Below the pieces are notes generated by a model. The model saw nothing but the letters and a program-made list of their open reading frames with translations, was not told where the DNA came from and did no database searches. Position numbers and translations under genes: made by a program. A stretch of DNA of 64,000 nucleotides from an uncultured archaeon (GTDB taxonomy: Archaea > Thermoplasmatota > Penumbrarchaeia > JASLWR01), in the NCBI GenBank assembly GCA_964430885.1, contig CAYSHM010000008.1, positions 9,154 to 73,153 on the forward strand, written 5' to 3'. Every line of letters begins with the position of its first letter. Within the stretch, counting starts at the first letter, position 1. Positions 30,082-39,138 of this stretch are shown here, one piece after another.

Positions 30082-30124
30082 TTTCCATTAACCAAAATTA
30101 CCCATTACAAGGAGTGCAGCTTGC

Positions 30125-30514
30125 ATGAAGGGAAAGGAGATACTTGAGGACCTTGAAAGGATCTTGGCTGGACTTTTGGAGAGAAACATAGGGACACCCG
30201 TTGTGGTAGAGGGAAAACACGATGTGGATTCCCTTAGGAATCTGGGATTGAAAGGTGAGATAATCTCCTATAACAGGGGCAAGGGATTGGTGGAGTTCAG
30301 CGAATGGCTGAAGGAAAAATACGATTCTGTAATATTGCTTACCGATTGGGACACCAGGGGTGTTCAGCTCATGAAGGGTTTAAGAGAACAGCTTACTGCC
30401 CTAGATATCACGGTGCAAGACGATATCTGGATAGAATTACTGAAACTCGTAACAAAAGAGATAAGATGCGTAGAGGATTTGGATAATCTGATTTTCAGAT
30501 TAAGAGAAGAATAG
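30125..30514 (+). CDS. Small stand-alone TOPRIM domain protein
   Basis: VVVEGKHD and ILLTDWDTRG TOPRIM motifs, plus EDL. Confidence 0.88.
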   Translation: MKGKEILEDLERILAGLLERNIGTPVVVEGKHDVDSLRNLGLKGEIISYNRGKGLVEFSEWLKEKYDSVILLTDWDTRGVQLMKGLREQLTALDITVQDDIWIELLKLVTKEIRCVEDLDNLIFRLREE

Positions 30515-30597
30515 AATGTTCAAGAAAAAAAACAATCCCGGATTCGAATCTCCTTATCCATACCCGGGAACATATTATGGAAAAATTTTCGATTGTT

Positions 30598-30996
30598 CTA
30601 TATCAGATATGCAGTCAGGACAATCGCCATAGCAAGTACAAGACCGAACTTTAGAACTGAATCCTTTGTGTTCATTATACCGAACAGAAGTGCGATGGCA
30701 GTCAGCAGTCCGCCTATGTTGATTATAAGACGGCCTACAAAACTCATTGCTTTAAATGCATCTGCATCGGTGATAAAGGAGGTATTTATGTTCATGAGCA
30801 ATCCCCCGATGAACATGATGCCAAAACCGATTACTGCAAAAATTATGGTTTTTTTCATTTTTTTCTCGGTCTTATGCCTGAAGAAATTATCATATTTGTA
30901 TTGTTTTCCTTCTGATTGAACTGGTACTTCTCTTTCCGGATATCCGCTAGGAAGTCTTTTTTGAGATCCGTATGGCGGTGGTGGGTATTGTGTCAT
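30598..30996 (-). CDS. Small three-TM membrane protein with Pro-rich N-terminus
   Basis: MTQYPPPPYG start preceded by GAGGTGA SD; three hydrophobic helices. Confidence 0.65.
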   Translation of the reverse strand: MTQYPPPPYGSQKRLPSGYPEREVPVQSEGKQYKYDNFFRHKTEKKMKKTIIFAVIGFGIMFIGGLLMNINTSFITDADAFKAMSFVGRLIINIGGLLTAIALLFGIMNTKDSVLKFGLVLAMAIVLTAYLI

Positions 30997-31159
30997 ATGT
31001 ATCACCTCATGTTTTAGCAAGCGTCAATAAATTTACCTATTTATATATTATTCGGTCTAATATTAGGCTGGTTAATATTCAATATGTGCACATCATACGC
31101 CAAAACTCCATTGGCGGGATCAAGAAAAATGATTCAATAACAACTTATTAGGACATTTC

Positions 31160-31786
31160 TCACTCCCATTCTTCAAGTGCCCTTTCCAGACTCTTAAGGT
31201 TTTCCTTGCACCTTTTCAGATGATGCAGTGCCCGATTATAAAGATATTCTAGTTGATCAGTATCCGGATAAATCCGGCCATTCTCTCCCAGGGGAACATG
31301 AAGTGTCTCACTGCTCAGCAGTTCAACTGTGATCTTTGTTATTCTGCTGCCTTCCCCGTTTAGCCTCAAGGATCTTATGGTCGAGTACTTGAATGAACTC
31401 TGCTGTCCCAGGTTCCTTAATCTGACACTGCTCTTTAGACCTGCACATTCTATATGGAAGATGGGGGACTGTACCATGAGGTACAGATTTGATCCAGCCT
31501 TCCATTGGATAATTTCCTGCTTGAATTCTTCCAGGGTAGGTGCATTATGCCATTTCTTCAAGACACTCGATTCCTGTTTATCACCCACGTTCTTGAATTC
31601 CAGAAGCTGGATCCGGCCAGAACAGGAACTTGTGGTCATGTATTCATTTCGGGAATTTATGAGGTGCAGCAGAGGCTGAACCTCCGAATCCACAAGTCCC
31701 TGATCTATGAGACCTTGAAGCTCTTTGAGCCTTTTGTTCTTATTCCCTATTGGACCAGTATTTGCAGTGAGCATTGACATCCCCAT
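31160..31786 (-). CDS. taw3: tRNA(Phe) wyosine-derivative methyltransferase Taw3/TYW3
   Basis: GLVDSEVQPLLHLIN, TTSSCSGRI, KWH, PIFHIEC, FKYS. Confidence 0.88.
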   Translation of the reverse strand: MGMSMLTANTGPIGNKNKRLKELQGLIDQGLVDSEVQPLLHLINSRNEYMTTSSCSGRIQLLEFKNVGDKQESSVLKKWHNAPTLEEFKQEIIQWKAGSNLYLMVQSPIFHIECAGLKSSVRLRNLGQQSSFKYSTIRSLRLNGEGSRITKITVELLSSETLHVPLGENGRIYPDTDQLEYLYNRALHHLKRCKENLKSLERALEEWE

Positions 31787-31894
31787 GGCTGTAAACTATT
31801 ATACCTATTTATCATTATCAACTCAAATTCAGTAATAATAGGTCTAAGAAAATAAAAAGAGACTTGAAATTGAGGGATAGCTTGTTTGTAGAAA

Positions 31895-32077
31895 AAGTTG
31901 ATAAAAATAACGAGAAGGGTACCATAGTATACCACCATAGCTTACTAAGGTACCCAACTCTAGGAGGAGATACATAGAGCGTTATTGTGTATTATTCTGT
32001 TATGAATTGAGGCGGGCCCCGAAAGACCCGCCAAGCGGAGGAACAAACCAGCAGATAAACCCCTTCCCTCTGGCTAC
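31895..32077 (-). ncRNA. Candidate structured RNA or structured 3' UTR (three tandem hairpins ending in a U-rich tract)
   Basis: Hairpins at about 32046-32075, 32011-32032 (GGCGGGUCU-UUCG-GGGCCCGCC on minus) and 31917-31955 (12/13-bp inverted repeat). G-U pairs favour the minus strand. Confidence 0.35.
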
Positions 32078-32105
32078 TACTGACCTGATATGATACTTTG
32101 TTAAT

Positions 32106-32510
32106 CTAATATCTCAATTCTTCTATCTCATGCTCGAGATGTTTTACCCTTGCCAAAGCCTTCTCGTGTTCCAATTCCTTGGCCTTAAGCATTTCATTCT
32201 CAACCCGCACCTTCTCTTCCATGTTCTCCTTGTAATCCTGGAGCAACTTTATCACCAGGAATTCCAGGTTCAACACTTCTCCTTTCTGGATCACATTCCG
32301 CTCCAGCCATTTCAGAAGCCGTTTCGGAATTCTGAATACCTGCGTATCTGCATTGACGGACACGGAATGTCGATGGAGCATATCTGCGACACTTTTCCGC
32401 AGAAAGTCGCTCCGGGACCTGAACTTTTTCTTGAATACTAGGGAATCGATCTCATCGATAACTTGGGGATTCTCACGGAAATTCAGAATCGACTGCTCTT
32501 CATCGATCAT
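32106..32510 (-). CDS. Ribbon-helix-helix (CopG/MetJ-like) protein with second RHH-like unit and coiled coil
   Basis: LNFR...IDEIDSLV...FRSRSDFLRKSV, then VFRIPKRLLKWLE; heptad-rich C-terminus; GAGGTGAGG SD upstream. Confidence 0.72.
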   Translation of the reverse strand: MIDEEQSILNFRENPQVIDEIDSLVFKKKFRSRSDFLRKSVADMLHRHSVSVNADTQVFRIPKRLLKWLERNVIQKGEVLNLEFLVIKLLQDYKENMEEKVRVENEMLKAKELEHEKALARVKHLEHEIEELRY

Positions 32511-32525
32511 TTGCCCTCACCTCTT

Positions 32526-32860
32526 GTAATATAATATAATATTTAATACTTAAAAATTACCCCACTTTTTTGTTGATTCCGCAGGAAATCCCCAAGATTT
32601 TGTATTACTTTTTTAGTAGTTATTTTCCCTCTCTCTACATAGGCATAAAACGTATTATTATATATAGTTTCCCCCCATTATTCACCCAGTAATAAATCAA
32701 AATTAAAAATATTACAAATTTTAAATAATATATTACTAAAATTTAATTGTATTACGATTTTATTACGAAGAATAATAACATTATGCATTCTAAATAAAAT
32801 AAAATTATAAGAACATATATTTGAATAATATTTAAAAAAAATAAAATAATATTTAAAAAA
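32526..32860. promoter_or_regulatory. AT-rich intergenic region with repeated TATTAC/GTAATA motifs and a 16-bp direct repeat
   Basis: TATTAC at 32603, 32710, 32731, 32750, 32761; GTAATA at 32526 and 32689; AATAATATTTAAAAAA at 32824 and 32845. Confidence 0.5.
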
Positions 32861-32903
32861 TTTATGATTTCGTTTATAAAAAATGTATAATTCAAAAAAG
32901 GAA

Positions 32904-34100
32904 CTATAATAAGGGTCTGCCCCTTATGAGCATTGCATCCCCAAAAGAATAGAAGCGGTACTCACTCTCTATTGCTTCACGGTAGGTTTTTAAAATCCTA
33001 TCCCTTCCGCAGTAAGCGCTGATCATCATGATTAGGGTCGATCTCGGCAGGTGAAAATTGGTGAGAAAGAAATTCGAAGGAGTCTTGAATCTATAGGGTG
33101 GATAAATAAAAATCCCGGTGTTTCCGCTATAAGGTCTCAGCCGGTCATGTTTGGAGAACAATGTTTCAAGGGTCCTCATTGTTGTGGTTCCGACAACCCA
33201 TATACGATCGCCATTGTCCAGAGCCTGATTCACCAGCTTCGAACATTCTTCACTGACTGAAATGAACTCCATGTCCATCTCATGTTCGTCAACCCTTTCA
33301 GCCTTTACAGGTCTGAAGGTCCCTGTGCCGACATGGAGGGTCACCTGGGTTCTAGTGATGCCTATGTCATCGATTTTTTTCAGCAATCCTTCTGTAAAAT
33401 GCAGACCTGCTGTTGGAGCAGCAATAGCACCTGGATCTCCGGCGTAGATGGTCTGGTATCGGTCATCCCTGTCCAGCTCCTTCTTGATATAGGGAGGAGT
33501 GGGCATTACTCCTACGGCATCCAATATATTCTGAAGGGTAATTCCATCTTCCCCTGAAAAATGAATTCCGGTCCCTACCGATATCCAATCCTCTCTTGAT
33601 CGGAGCCATTCAAACAAACCATCCCCTTCAAAGAAACTGATCAAATACAATCCTTCGTGGATTCTTTTCTCAACAAACACCGTCAGGGGAATATCATCCA
33701 TGAAAAGCTTGGATGATGGTTTGATATTCTTACCCTTCAAGAATGCCTTCCATTTATTTGATTTAATTGGACGGTCTGCACATAGCATAGCCCTGCCCTC
33801 TCCGTGCAGAGAATCCATCAGTATCTCCACCCTTCCCCCGGTTACCTTTTTGGCAAACAACCGGGCCGGGATCACTTTCGTATCATTTACTATGAGTAGA
33901 TCCCCAGGTTCGAAAATATCCAGTATCTGATGGAATATTCTATGAGATACACACCCGCTCTTATTATCAAGCACTAACAACCTGGATGAATCCCTGGGCT
34001 CTATAGGCTCCTGGGCAATAAGCTCCCTCGGAAGATGATAATCATAATTGTCAGTCCGGTTCATATCCTCGCTCAAGTTATCCTTTCCCTTATCTATCAA
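32904..34100 (-). CDS. queA: S-adenosylmethionine:tRNA ribosyltransferase-isomerase
   Basis: YDYHLPRELIAQEP, NDTKVIPARL, PPYI, YQTIYA, AAPTAGLHFT, TLHVGTGTFRPV, VGTTTMRTLET, TNFHLPRSTL, YRFYSFGDAMLI. Confidence 0.95.
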   Translation of the reverse strand: MIDKGKDNLSEDMNRTDNYDYHLPRELIAQEPIEPRDSSRLLVLDNKSGCVSHRIFHQILDIFEPGDLLIVNDTKVIPARLFAKKVTGGRVEILMDSLHGEGRAMLCADRPIKSNKWKAFLKGKNIKPSSKLFMDDIPLTVFVEKRIHEGLYLISFFEGDGLFEWLRSREDWISVGTGIHFSGEDGITLQNILDAVGVMPTPPYIKKELDRDDRYQTIYAGDPGAIAAPTAGLHFTEGLLKKIDDIGITRTQVTLHVGTGTFRPVKAERVDEHEMDMEFISVSEECSKLVNQALDNGDRIWVVGTTTMRTLETLFSKHDRLRPYSGNTGIFIYPPYRFKTPSNFFLTNFHLPRSTLIMMISAYCGRDRILKTYREAIESEYRFYSFGDAMLIRGRPLL

Positions 34101-34137
34101 TAAAATGATTATTAGTCCAAAGAAATATACCGAAGGT

Positions 34138-34905
34138 TCAATCAGCAGTAAAATGGAAGGTCATATTGGCATTGGATGACCTAAGTTCATCCAGGGAAGG
34201 GTAACCCATGGCCCTTGCTGTCCTCTCGTCAATATTGCCCTTTTCATCCAGCATCTTTCTCAGCATGTCCAATCTTATAATCTTCTTGGGATTGCTGCCT
34301 AACAGCTTCGATATGCCGTCAATATGCCCATCCCCGACAACAGCGAGAACATGAGGATAGAGTTTTGATAAACGCAGTATCTTTGCAGCCATATACCGGT
34401 TGCGATCATCAATCAGAGCTTTTTTGATATGAGGATAATGTTTGCCTATCACTGAAAGATATTTTTCCGGATTATCCCTGAACTTCTGCAATTCCTTCTC
34501 TATACGCTTCTTTTTCAAAAATTGACCAGCTATAGCTCCGAAGATCAGCATGACCTTCTCCTTGAAGGAAAGCATTTCGAGGAGACCTCCGCCTTGGCGG
34601 CTGTCTGGAGAAACGGTGGGAACATCAATAAATGCCACAGGAATCCCCATATCCTTTGCCACCTCTGTTGCGGCAAGCATCTCATCACCCACCTTGCTGT
34701 CATACCTCAAGGCCACTTTCTGCTGAAAATTCGAAAGAAGCTTATAAACCAAGGGTGTCGCCGAGCCCCGTTCCCCTGTCAATATGGCCCGGTACCTGTG
34801 TTTGTCAAGTTCGATGCCGATTACATTGGGCTGGGATATCTGTATTACCCTTTGAAGCCCCTTTCTGATTTTTATAACATGAGCTATCCCGATCAGAGTT
34901 ATCAT
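34138..34905 (-). CDS. TraB/PrgY/GumN family protein
   Basis: LIGIAHV, IELDKHR, GDEMLAA, LIDDRNRYMA, AVVGDGHIDGI. Confidence 0.85.
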   Translation of the reverse strand: MITLIGIAHVIKIRKGLQRVIQISQPNVIGIELDKHRYRAILTGERGSATPLVYKLLSNFQQKVALRYDSKVGDEMLAATEVAKDMGIPVAFIDVPTVSPDSRQGGGLLEMLSFKEKVMLIFGAIAGQFLKKKRIEKELQKFRDNPEKYLSVIGKHYPHIKKALIDDRNRYMAAKILRLSKLYPHVLAVVGDGHIDGISKLLGSNPKKIIRLDMLRKMLDEKGNIDERTARAMGYPSLDELRSSNANMTFHFTAD

Positions 34906-34978
34906 TATCTACAGCTCCCAATCTCTATCTGCGGGTTGAACATCTTCAATCGGATGGATAAAATTGCTGATCCCTTCC

Positions 34979-35137
34979 TTATTCATTCTGCAGGGGCAGT
35001 ATGCGGTTGAGCTCGGAATAATACCTTGTAAAGAGGTTTATGACCTCATGAAAATTCTCTTCTGTCTTGGAGGTGTTGATTATATGGGAGGCAGTTAATA
35101 CTGCTGATAGCAGTTCCAATCGTTCACATCGATCCAT
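34979..35137 (-). CDS. Small hypothetical protein (52 aa)
   Basis: Below the track cutoff: MDRCERLELLSAVLTASHIINTSKTEENFHEVINLFTRYYSELNRILPLQNE. GAGG SD about 7 nt upstream and an AT-rich TATA-like box further upstream. Confidence 0.5.
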   Translation of the reverse strand: MDRCERLELLSAVLTASHIINTSKTEENFHEVINLFTRYYSELNRILPLQNE

Positions 35138-35256
35138 GGTAAAACCTCGTTTTCAGTTCATAAAGGAGAACATAAGATATATATTATTTCGAAGGAAAGG
35201 TCAGGAAAGATAAATTTATTTTCCACCGGATTCTCATCTATGCAAAGTTTATTTTG

Positions 35257-36219
35257 CTAAACTGGATATTCTTCAATACTTTTTGAGTATTTTATCCGTT
35301 CCCACAGCTTGAGATGGAATCTGGAGAATAGAACGCATATGACCACAAGGGGAAATGCAGCTATTACATCAATGGCGTAATGATACCTTAAGTACATGGT
35401 GGATGTTATCAAGAGAGTTGTAATGGGAAGCATGAAGAACAGTGTTCTTCTATCCGTTCTGAACATACTGTAAGTGACAAGAATAAAAAGCCCAGAATGC
35501 ATGCTTGGGAAACAATCATAGGCAGTTGACCTGACAGATTTAAAAATATGTTCATTGAATTTGGTCAGGGACCATCCCCCCAGTTCACTAGTGAAATCCA
35601 GGGAGTAATGATATTTTGGGCCCTCAACCGGAAATGCTATGAAGAACATAAGAGCAATATAATGCATAAAGATGGTGGTAAGCTCCAGTTCCCTGTAGGT
35701 TCTCTCCTTTCCCTTGATATAGACAAAGAAATATACAAAAGGTACAAATAAATAAATAAGATAGAAAATGGACATTGTTTCAGTGAGCAGATCTGAATAG
35801 AGCGACTGCATCGTGAAGACGGGTGATCTTCCGAATATAATTTCGTCTATAAGGAGTGCTTCGCTGTCATAGATTCTGTTTGGGGTTCCGAAAAAAGAAA
35901 GATTCTGATATATTATAACAAGGGGTACGAAATGAAGGAGCGATGAGCGGAGCCTTTTCTCTCTCTTGATCAGTTCTTCCCTGCTCTTCGTCCCCGCTCG
36001 GATCTTTTTCAATAAGAGACGTGTTCTTAACTTCGGAAGGAGGAAAGCGCCCAATAGTGCCGCTGCGGGGATAAGGATATCTAAATTCCCCTGCTCCAAT
36101 CTATCCAGGAAAAGCACTGCAAAAAGTATGTAAACCGGAAAGAAAAGAAGAGTGACCGTATGAACAGGCCCAATATCCAGAAGGATCCCGCCAAATCCTC
36201 GTCTATTCTCTGAGCTCAT
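35257..36219 (-). CDS. PAP2 superfamily membrane enzyme (Aur1/IPC-synthase-like subgroup)
   Basis: FPVEGP, DCFPSMHSG, STMYLRYHYAIDVIA; multiple TM helices. Confidence 0.82.
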   Translation of the reverse strand: MSSENRRGFGGILLDIGPVHTVTLLFFPVYILFAVLFLDRLEQGNLDILIPAAALLGAFLLPKLRTRLLLKKIRAGTKSREELIKREKRLRSSLLHFVPLVIIYQNLSFFGTPNRIYDSEALLIDEIIFGRSPVFTMQSLYSDLLTETMSIFYLIYLFVPFVYFFVYIKGKERTYRELELTTIFMHYIALMFFIAFPVEGPKYHYSLDFTSELGGWSLTKFNEHIFKSVRSTAYDCFPSMHSGLFILVTYSMFRTDRRTLFFMLPITTLLITSTMYLRYHYAIDVIAAFPLVVICVLFSRFHLKLWERIKYSKSIEEYPV

Positions 36220-36362
36220 AGTAATTGTTTAAATATATCTATTCATTATTAAGGTTTTCCAAGGGTCAGGCTTTTTATAAAATCAAGTTATAGTGAAAAG
36301 TTACTGTTATGATCCCCTTACCGAAGTAGGGATTTGGTCAGCACAGCAAAGAAAAGGGTGAA

Positions 36363-37442
36363 ATGATGTCCATAGTTTCCATTCCCGATGATGAATCCAT
36401 AAGAAGGTATCTGCAGAAAAGATACGGGAAGGTATCAGATATAAAATGCATAAGATTGGGCGCGGGTGTCCACGGTGAAGGCTACCGGGTATCCTTTAGA
36501 AGCAATGCTTTTAAGGGAGAAATGAACCTGGTTCTGAAAACCCTTTCACCGCAGAACTTCGGACATGATTACATGGCTGATCGGGCCTCGGTCAATCTGC
36601 TTGCAAAGGACAGCTATTCCAAGCTTCCCGGACACGTCCGCTGTGTGGATGTCATGGCATACAATGAGAAAGACCTCTATTCGGTAAAAGGCTCAAAGGA
36701 GTTCTATGTTCTGATGCAGGAAGCAAAGGGGCATGAATATTTCGGGGACCTGAAGGATATACTTTCAAGGGGTGATCTGAACGAGCGGGATATCAAGAGG
36801 GCAAAGGCTCTAGCGGATTACCTCATCAATATACATTCTACGAAATACAAAGGCGATAATGCCAAATCCCTCTACAGGCGGAAGATACGTGATACCGTGG
36901 GTCACGGCGAGTGCCTAATGGGAGTACTGGACACCTACGAGGATTGGCCTTTTATAAAGCGTAAAGATATGGTTGAAATAGTCTCAAAGAGCATCAGCCA
37001 TTGGGACCGTTTGAAGGACAATATGGACCGACTATGTCAGGTGCACGGTGATTTCCACCCTGGTAATATCTGGTTTGATGAGGATGACAATATAGTACTA
37101 TTGGACCGGTCAAGGGGTATATGGGGAGAACCGGCTGATGATCTTTTCTGTCTGCTTGTCAACTATCTTTTCTATTCAATTCTTCATACCGGTGATTTCA
37201 GCGGTCCTTTCAGAGAGCTCTTTGAATTGGTGCACAGCAGATATATCGGTATGACATGGGATAATAATATCAATCTTGCCGGACCGCTCTTTCTTGCATT
37301 CCGGATACCTGTACTTACAAACCCACATTTCTACCCTCATGTGGATGATACAACCAGAACCAAACTGATCGGATTTGCCAAAAATGTACTGGATGATCAG
37401 GAATTCAGTATTGACAGAATACGGGATTATTTGAAGTTATGA
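36363..37442 (+). CDS. Aminoglycoside phosphotransferase/choline kinase-like small-molecule kinase
   Basis: Gly-rich LGAGVHGEGY, VLK, HGDFHPGNIW catalytic loop, LLDRSRG...GEPADD. Confidence 0.8.
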   Translation: MMSIVSIPDDESIRRYLQKRYGKVSDIKCIRLGAGVHGEGYRVSFRSNAFKGEMNLVLKTLSPQNFGHDYMADRASVNLLAKDSYSKLPGHVRCVDVMAYNEKDLYSVKGSKEFYVLMQEAKGHEYFGDLKDILSRGDLNERDIKRAKALADYLINIHSTKYKGDNAKSLYRRKIRDTVGHGECLMGVLDTYEDWPFIKRKDMVEIVSKSISHWDRLKDNMDRLCQVHGDFHPGNIWFDEDDNIVLLDRSRGIWGEPADDLFCLLVNYLFYSILHTGDFSGPFRELFELVHSRYIGMTWDNNINLAGPLFLAFRIPVLTNPHFYPHVDDTTRTKLIGFAKNVLDDQEFSIDRIRDYLKL

Positions 37443-37547
37443 CGAAGGATTTTTTTTATGGATAAATAAATAATAATAGAACCCCTCATATGCCTGTTTT
37501 AAGATAGAAAACTTGAAGGAGCTATTGACTAGATTACTTTCACAGGG

Positions 37548-38537
37548 ATGATGAATATGGCATCAATATTGCAGATATGGACCGAGAAATACCGTCCGCA
37601 GAAGATAGATGACATCGTCGGACAGGATCCCATCAAGGAACGTCTGAAAGCCTATGTGAGGGAGAAGAACATTCCCAACCTGCTCTTCGCAGGTCCCGCA
37701 GGAACGGGTAAAACCACTGTGGCATTGGCCCTGGCAAAGGAGTTGGCTCCAGACAATTGGAAACAGAATTTCCTTGAACTCAACGCATCGGACGAGAGAG
37801 GCATCTCCATTGTAAGGGAAAAAATAAAGGATTTTGCTAAAACATCCACCTTCGGGGATTCTCTGAGCTTCAAGATGATATTTCTTGACGAATCCGATGC
37901 ACTTACCGGGCCCGCCCAGCATGCCCTTAGAAGGACCATGGAAAGATATACCGGGGGCTGCAGGTTCATACTCAGCTGCAACTATTCTTCAAAGATAATT
38001 GATCCCATTCAATCCAGGTGCGCTCTTTTCAGATTCCCAAAGATACACCGGGAGGACATCAAGGACCATCTCTTCAATATTGCAAAAATGGAGAACCTGG
38101 AGATAGAGGAGGACGGATTTGACGTACTTCTTGAATACGCCAATGGCGACATGAGGAAAGGTATTACAATGCTCCAGGCTGTGGCATCCTCCGAGGGGAG
38201 GATCGATTCCAACGGTATCTACAAGGTATTCAGTATTGTGAATCCCGGGACCATCAAGAAGATACTGGAAACTGCCATCGAAGGTAATTTCAACGCCGCC
38301 AGGACAGAATTGAGGGATCTCATCATCAAGAACGGACTTGCGGGATCTGACATAATAAAGGATATTCACAAGGAGATATTCAATCTGAACATTCCTGATC
38401 GTTCCAAAATGGTCCTGGTGGACAAACTGGCGGAATTCGAATTCAGAATGGTGGAAGGATCAAATGAGATGATCCAGCTTGAGGCACTTATCGCAAATAT
38501 AGCCCTGAATGTCAAGATTGGGAACAAGGATCGTTGA
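37548..38537 (+). CDS. rfcS: Replication factor C small subunit
   Basis: WTEKYRP, GPAGTGKTT, LELNASDERGI, LDESDALT, IQSRC, GDMRK. Confidence 0.96.
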   Translation: MMNMASILQIWTEKYRPQKIDDIVGQDPIKERLKAYVREKNIPNLLFAGPAGTGKTTVALALAKELAPDNWKQNFLELNASDERGISIVREKIKDFAKTSTFGDSLSFKMIFLDESDALTGPAQHALRRTMERYTGGCRFILSCNYSSKIIDPIQSRCALFRFPKIHREDIKDHLFNIAKMENLEIEEDGFDVLLEYANGDMRKGITMLQAVASSEGRIDSNGIYKVFSIVNPGTIKKILETAIEGNFNAARTELRDLIIKNGLAGSDIIKDIHKEIFNLNIPDRSKMVLVDKLAEFEFRMVEGSNEMIQLEALIANIALNVKIGNKDR

Positions 38538-38656
38538 TATGAGGAGCTTAACCGAATATATTTTATTTCAAAATAAGGAATATTTAGTATGTTGGCGAGG
38601 CGTAGAGGTGATAATAAACACTTCAAAATTTAAATAATATTACTACAATCTGTGCT

Positions 38657-39064
38657 GTGATTTTCATGCGTAAGACGACATTGATAAAATGTAATAATTG
38701 TAACAAGACAATTGATTCTCTTGGCAAGAACAAGGTAAGCTGCCGTTACTGCGGTAAGGTTACCGCAATCGACACCGACGATTCGGATTCGGATGTCATG
38801 AGGAGAGCCCAGATATTCAATCTTGATGATATCATAAAGAAAGAATCCTTCATGAGGAACATGGCCCTAGGTGAATCAGTACTTACACTGGCTGTGGGAT
38901 TGTTCCTCCTGCTGTTCGTGACTACAAACATTGCCATCATGGTTTTTGTTTTTGTTGCCTTTGCAGCATGTGTCACTTTTGCACTTATGAAGCATACTAA
39001 ACTGGAGAAGACCAAAGGAATGAAGAGCGATCTTGATGGTGGGAAATTGCTCTCTGAATATTGA
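38657..39064 (+). CDS. Zinc-ribbon plus two-TM membrane protein
   Basis: CNNC...CRYCG at the N-terminus and two hydrophobic helices. Confidence 0.65.
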   Translation: MIFMRKTTLIKCNNCNKTIDSLGKNKVSCRYCGKVTAIDTDDSDSDVMRRAQIFNLDDIIKKESFMRNMALGESVLTLAVGLFLLLFVTTNIAIMVFVFVAFAACVTFALMKHTKLEKTKGMKSDLDGGKLLSEY

Positions 39065-39138
39065 ATTGATCTTTTCACGGCCCCTAGGGCTTCCTATGGA
39101 TCTAGAACAAACTACATTTATGGTATACAGGTGGTATA

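Noticed and set aside
30536-30569. GGATTCGAATC resembling a tRNA T-arm
   Set aside because: No cloverleaf or acceptor stem can be built; more likely a hairpin between convergent genes.
32011-32032. Possible archaeal SECIS element (GC stem with GAAA)
   Set aside because: I found no in-frame TGA selenoprotein candidate nearby, and the stem pairs better on the minus strand as a UUCG hairpin.
31962-32093. AGGAGG followed by a 39-codon + strand frame (possible type I toxin-like peptide)
   Set aside because: The frame starts with ATA rather than a standard start codon, and the peptide is not a hydrophobic helix.
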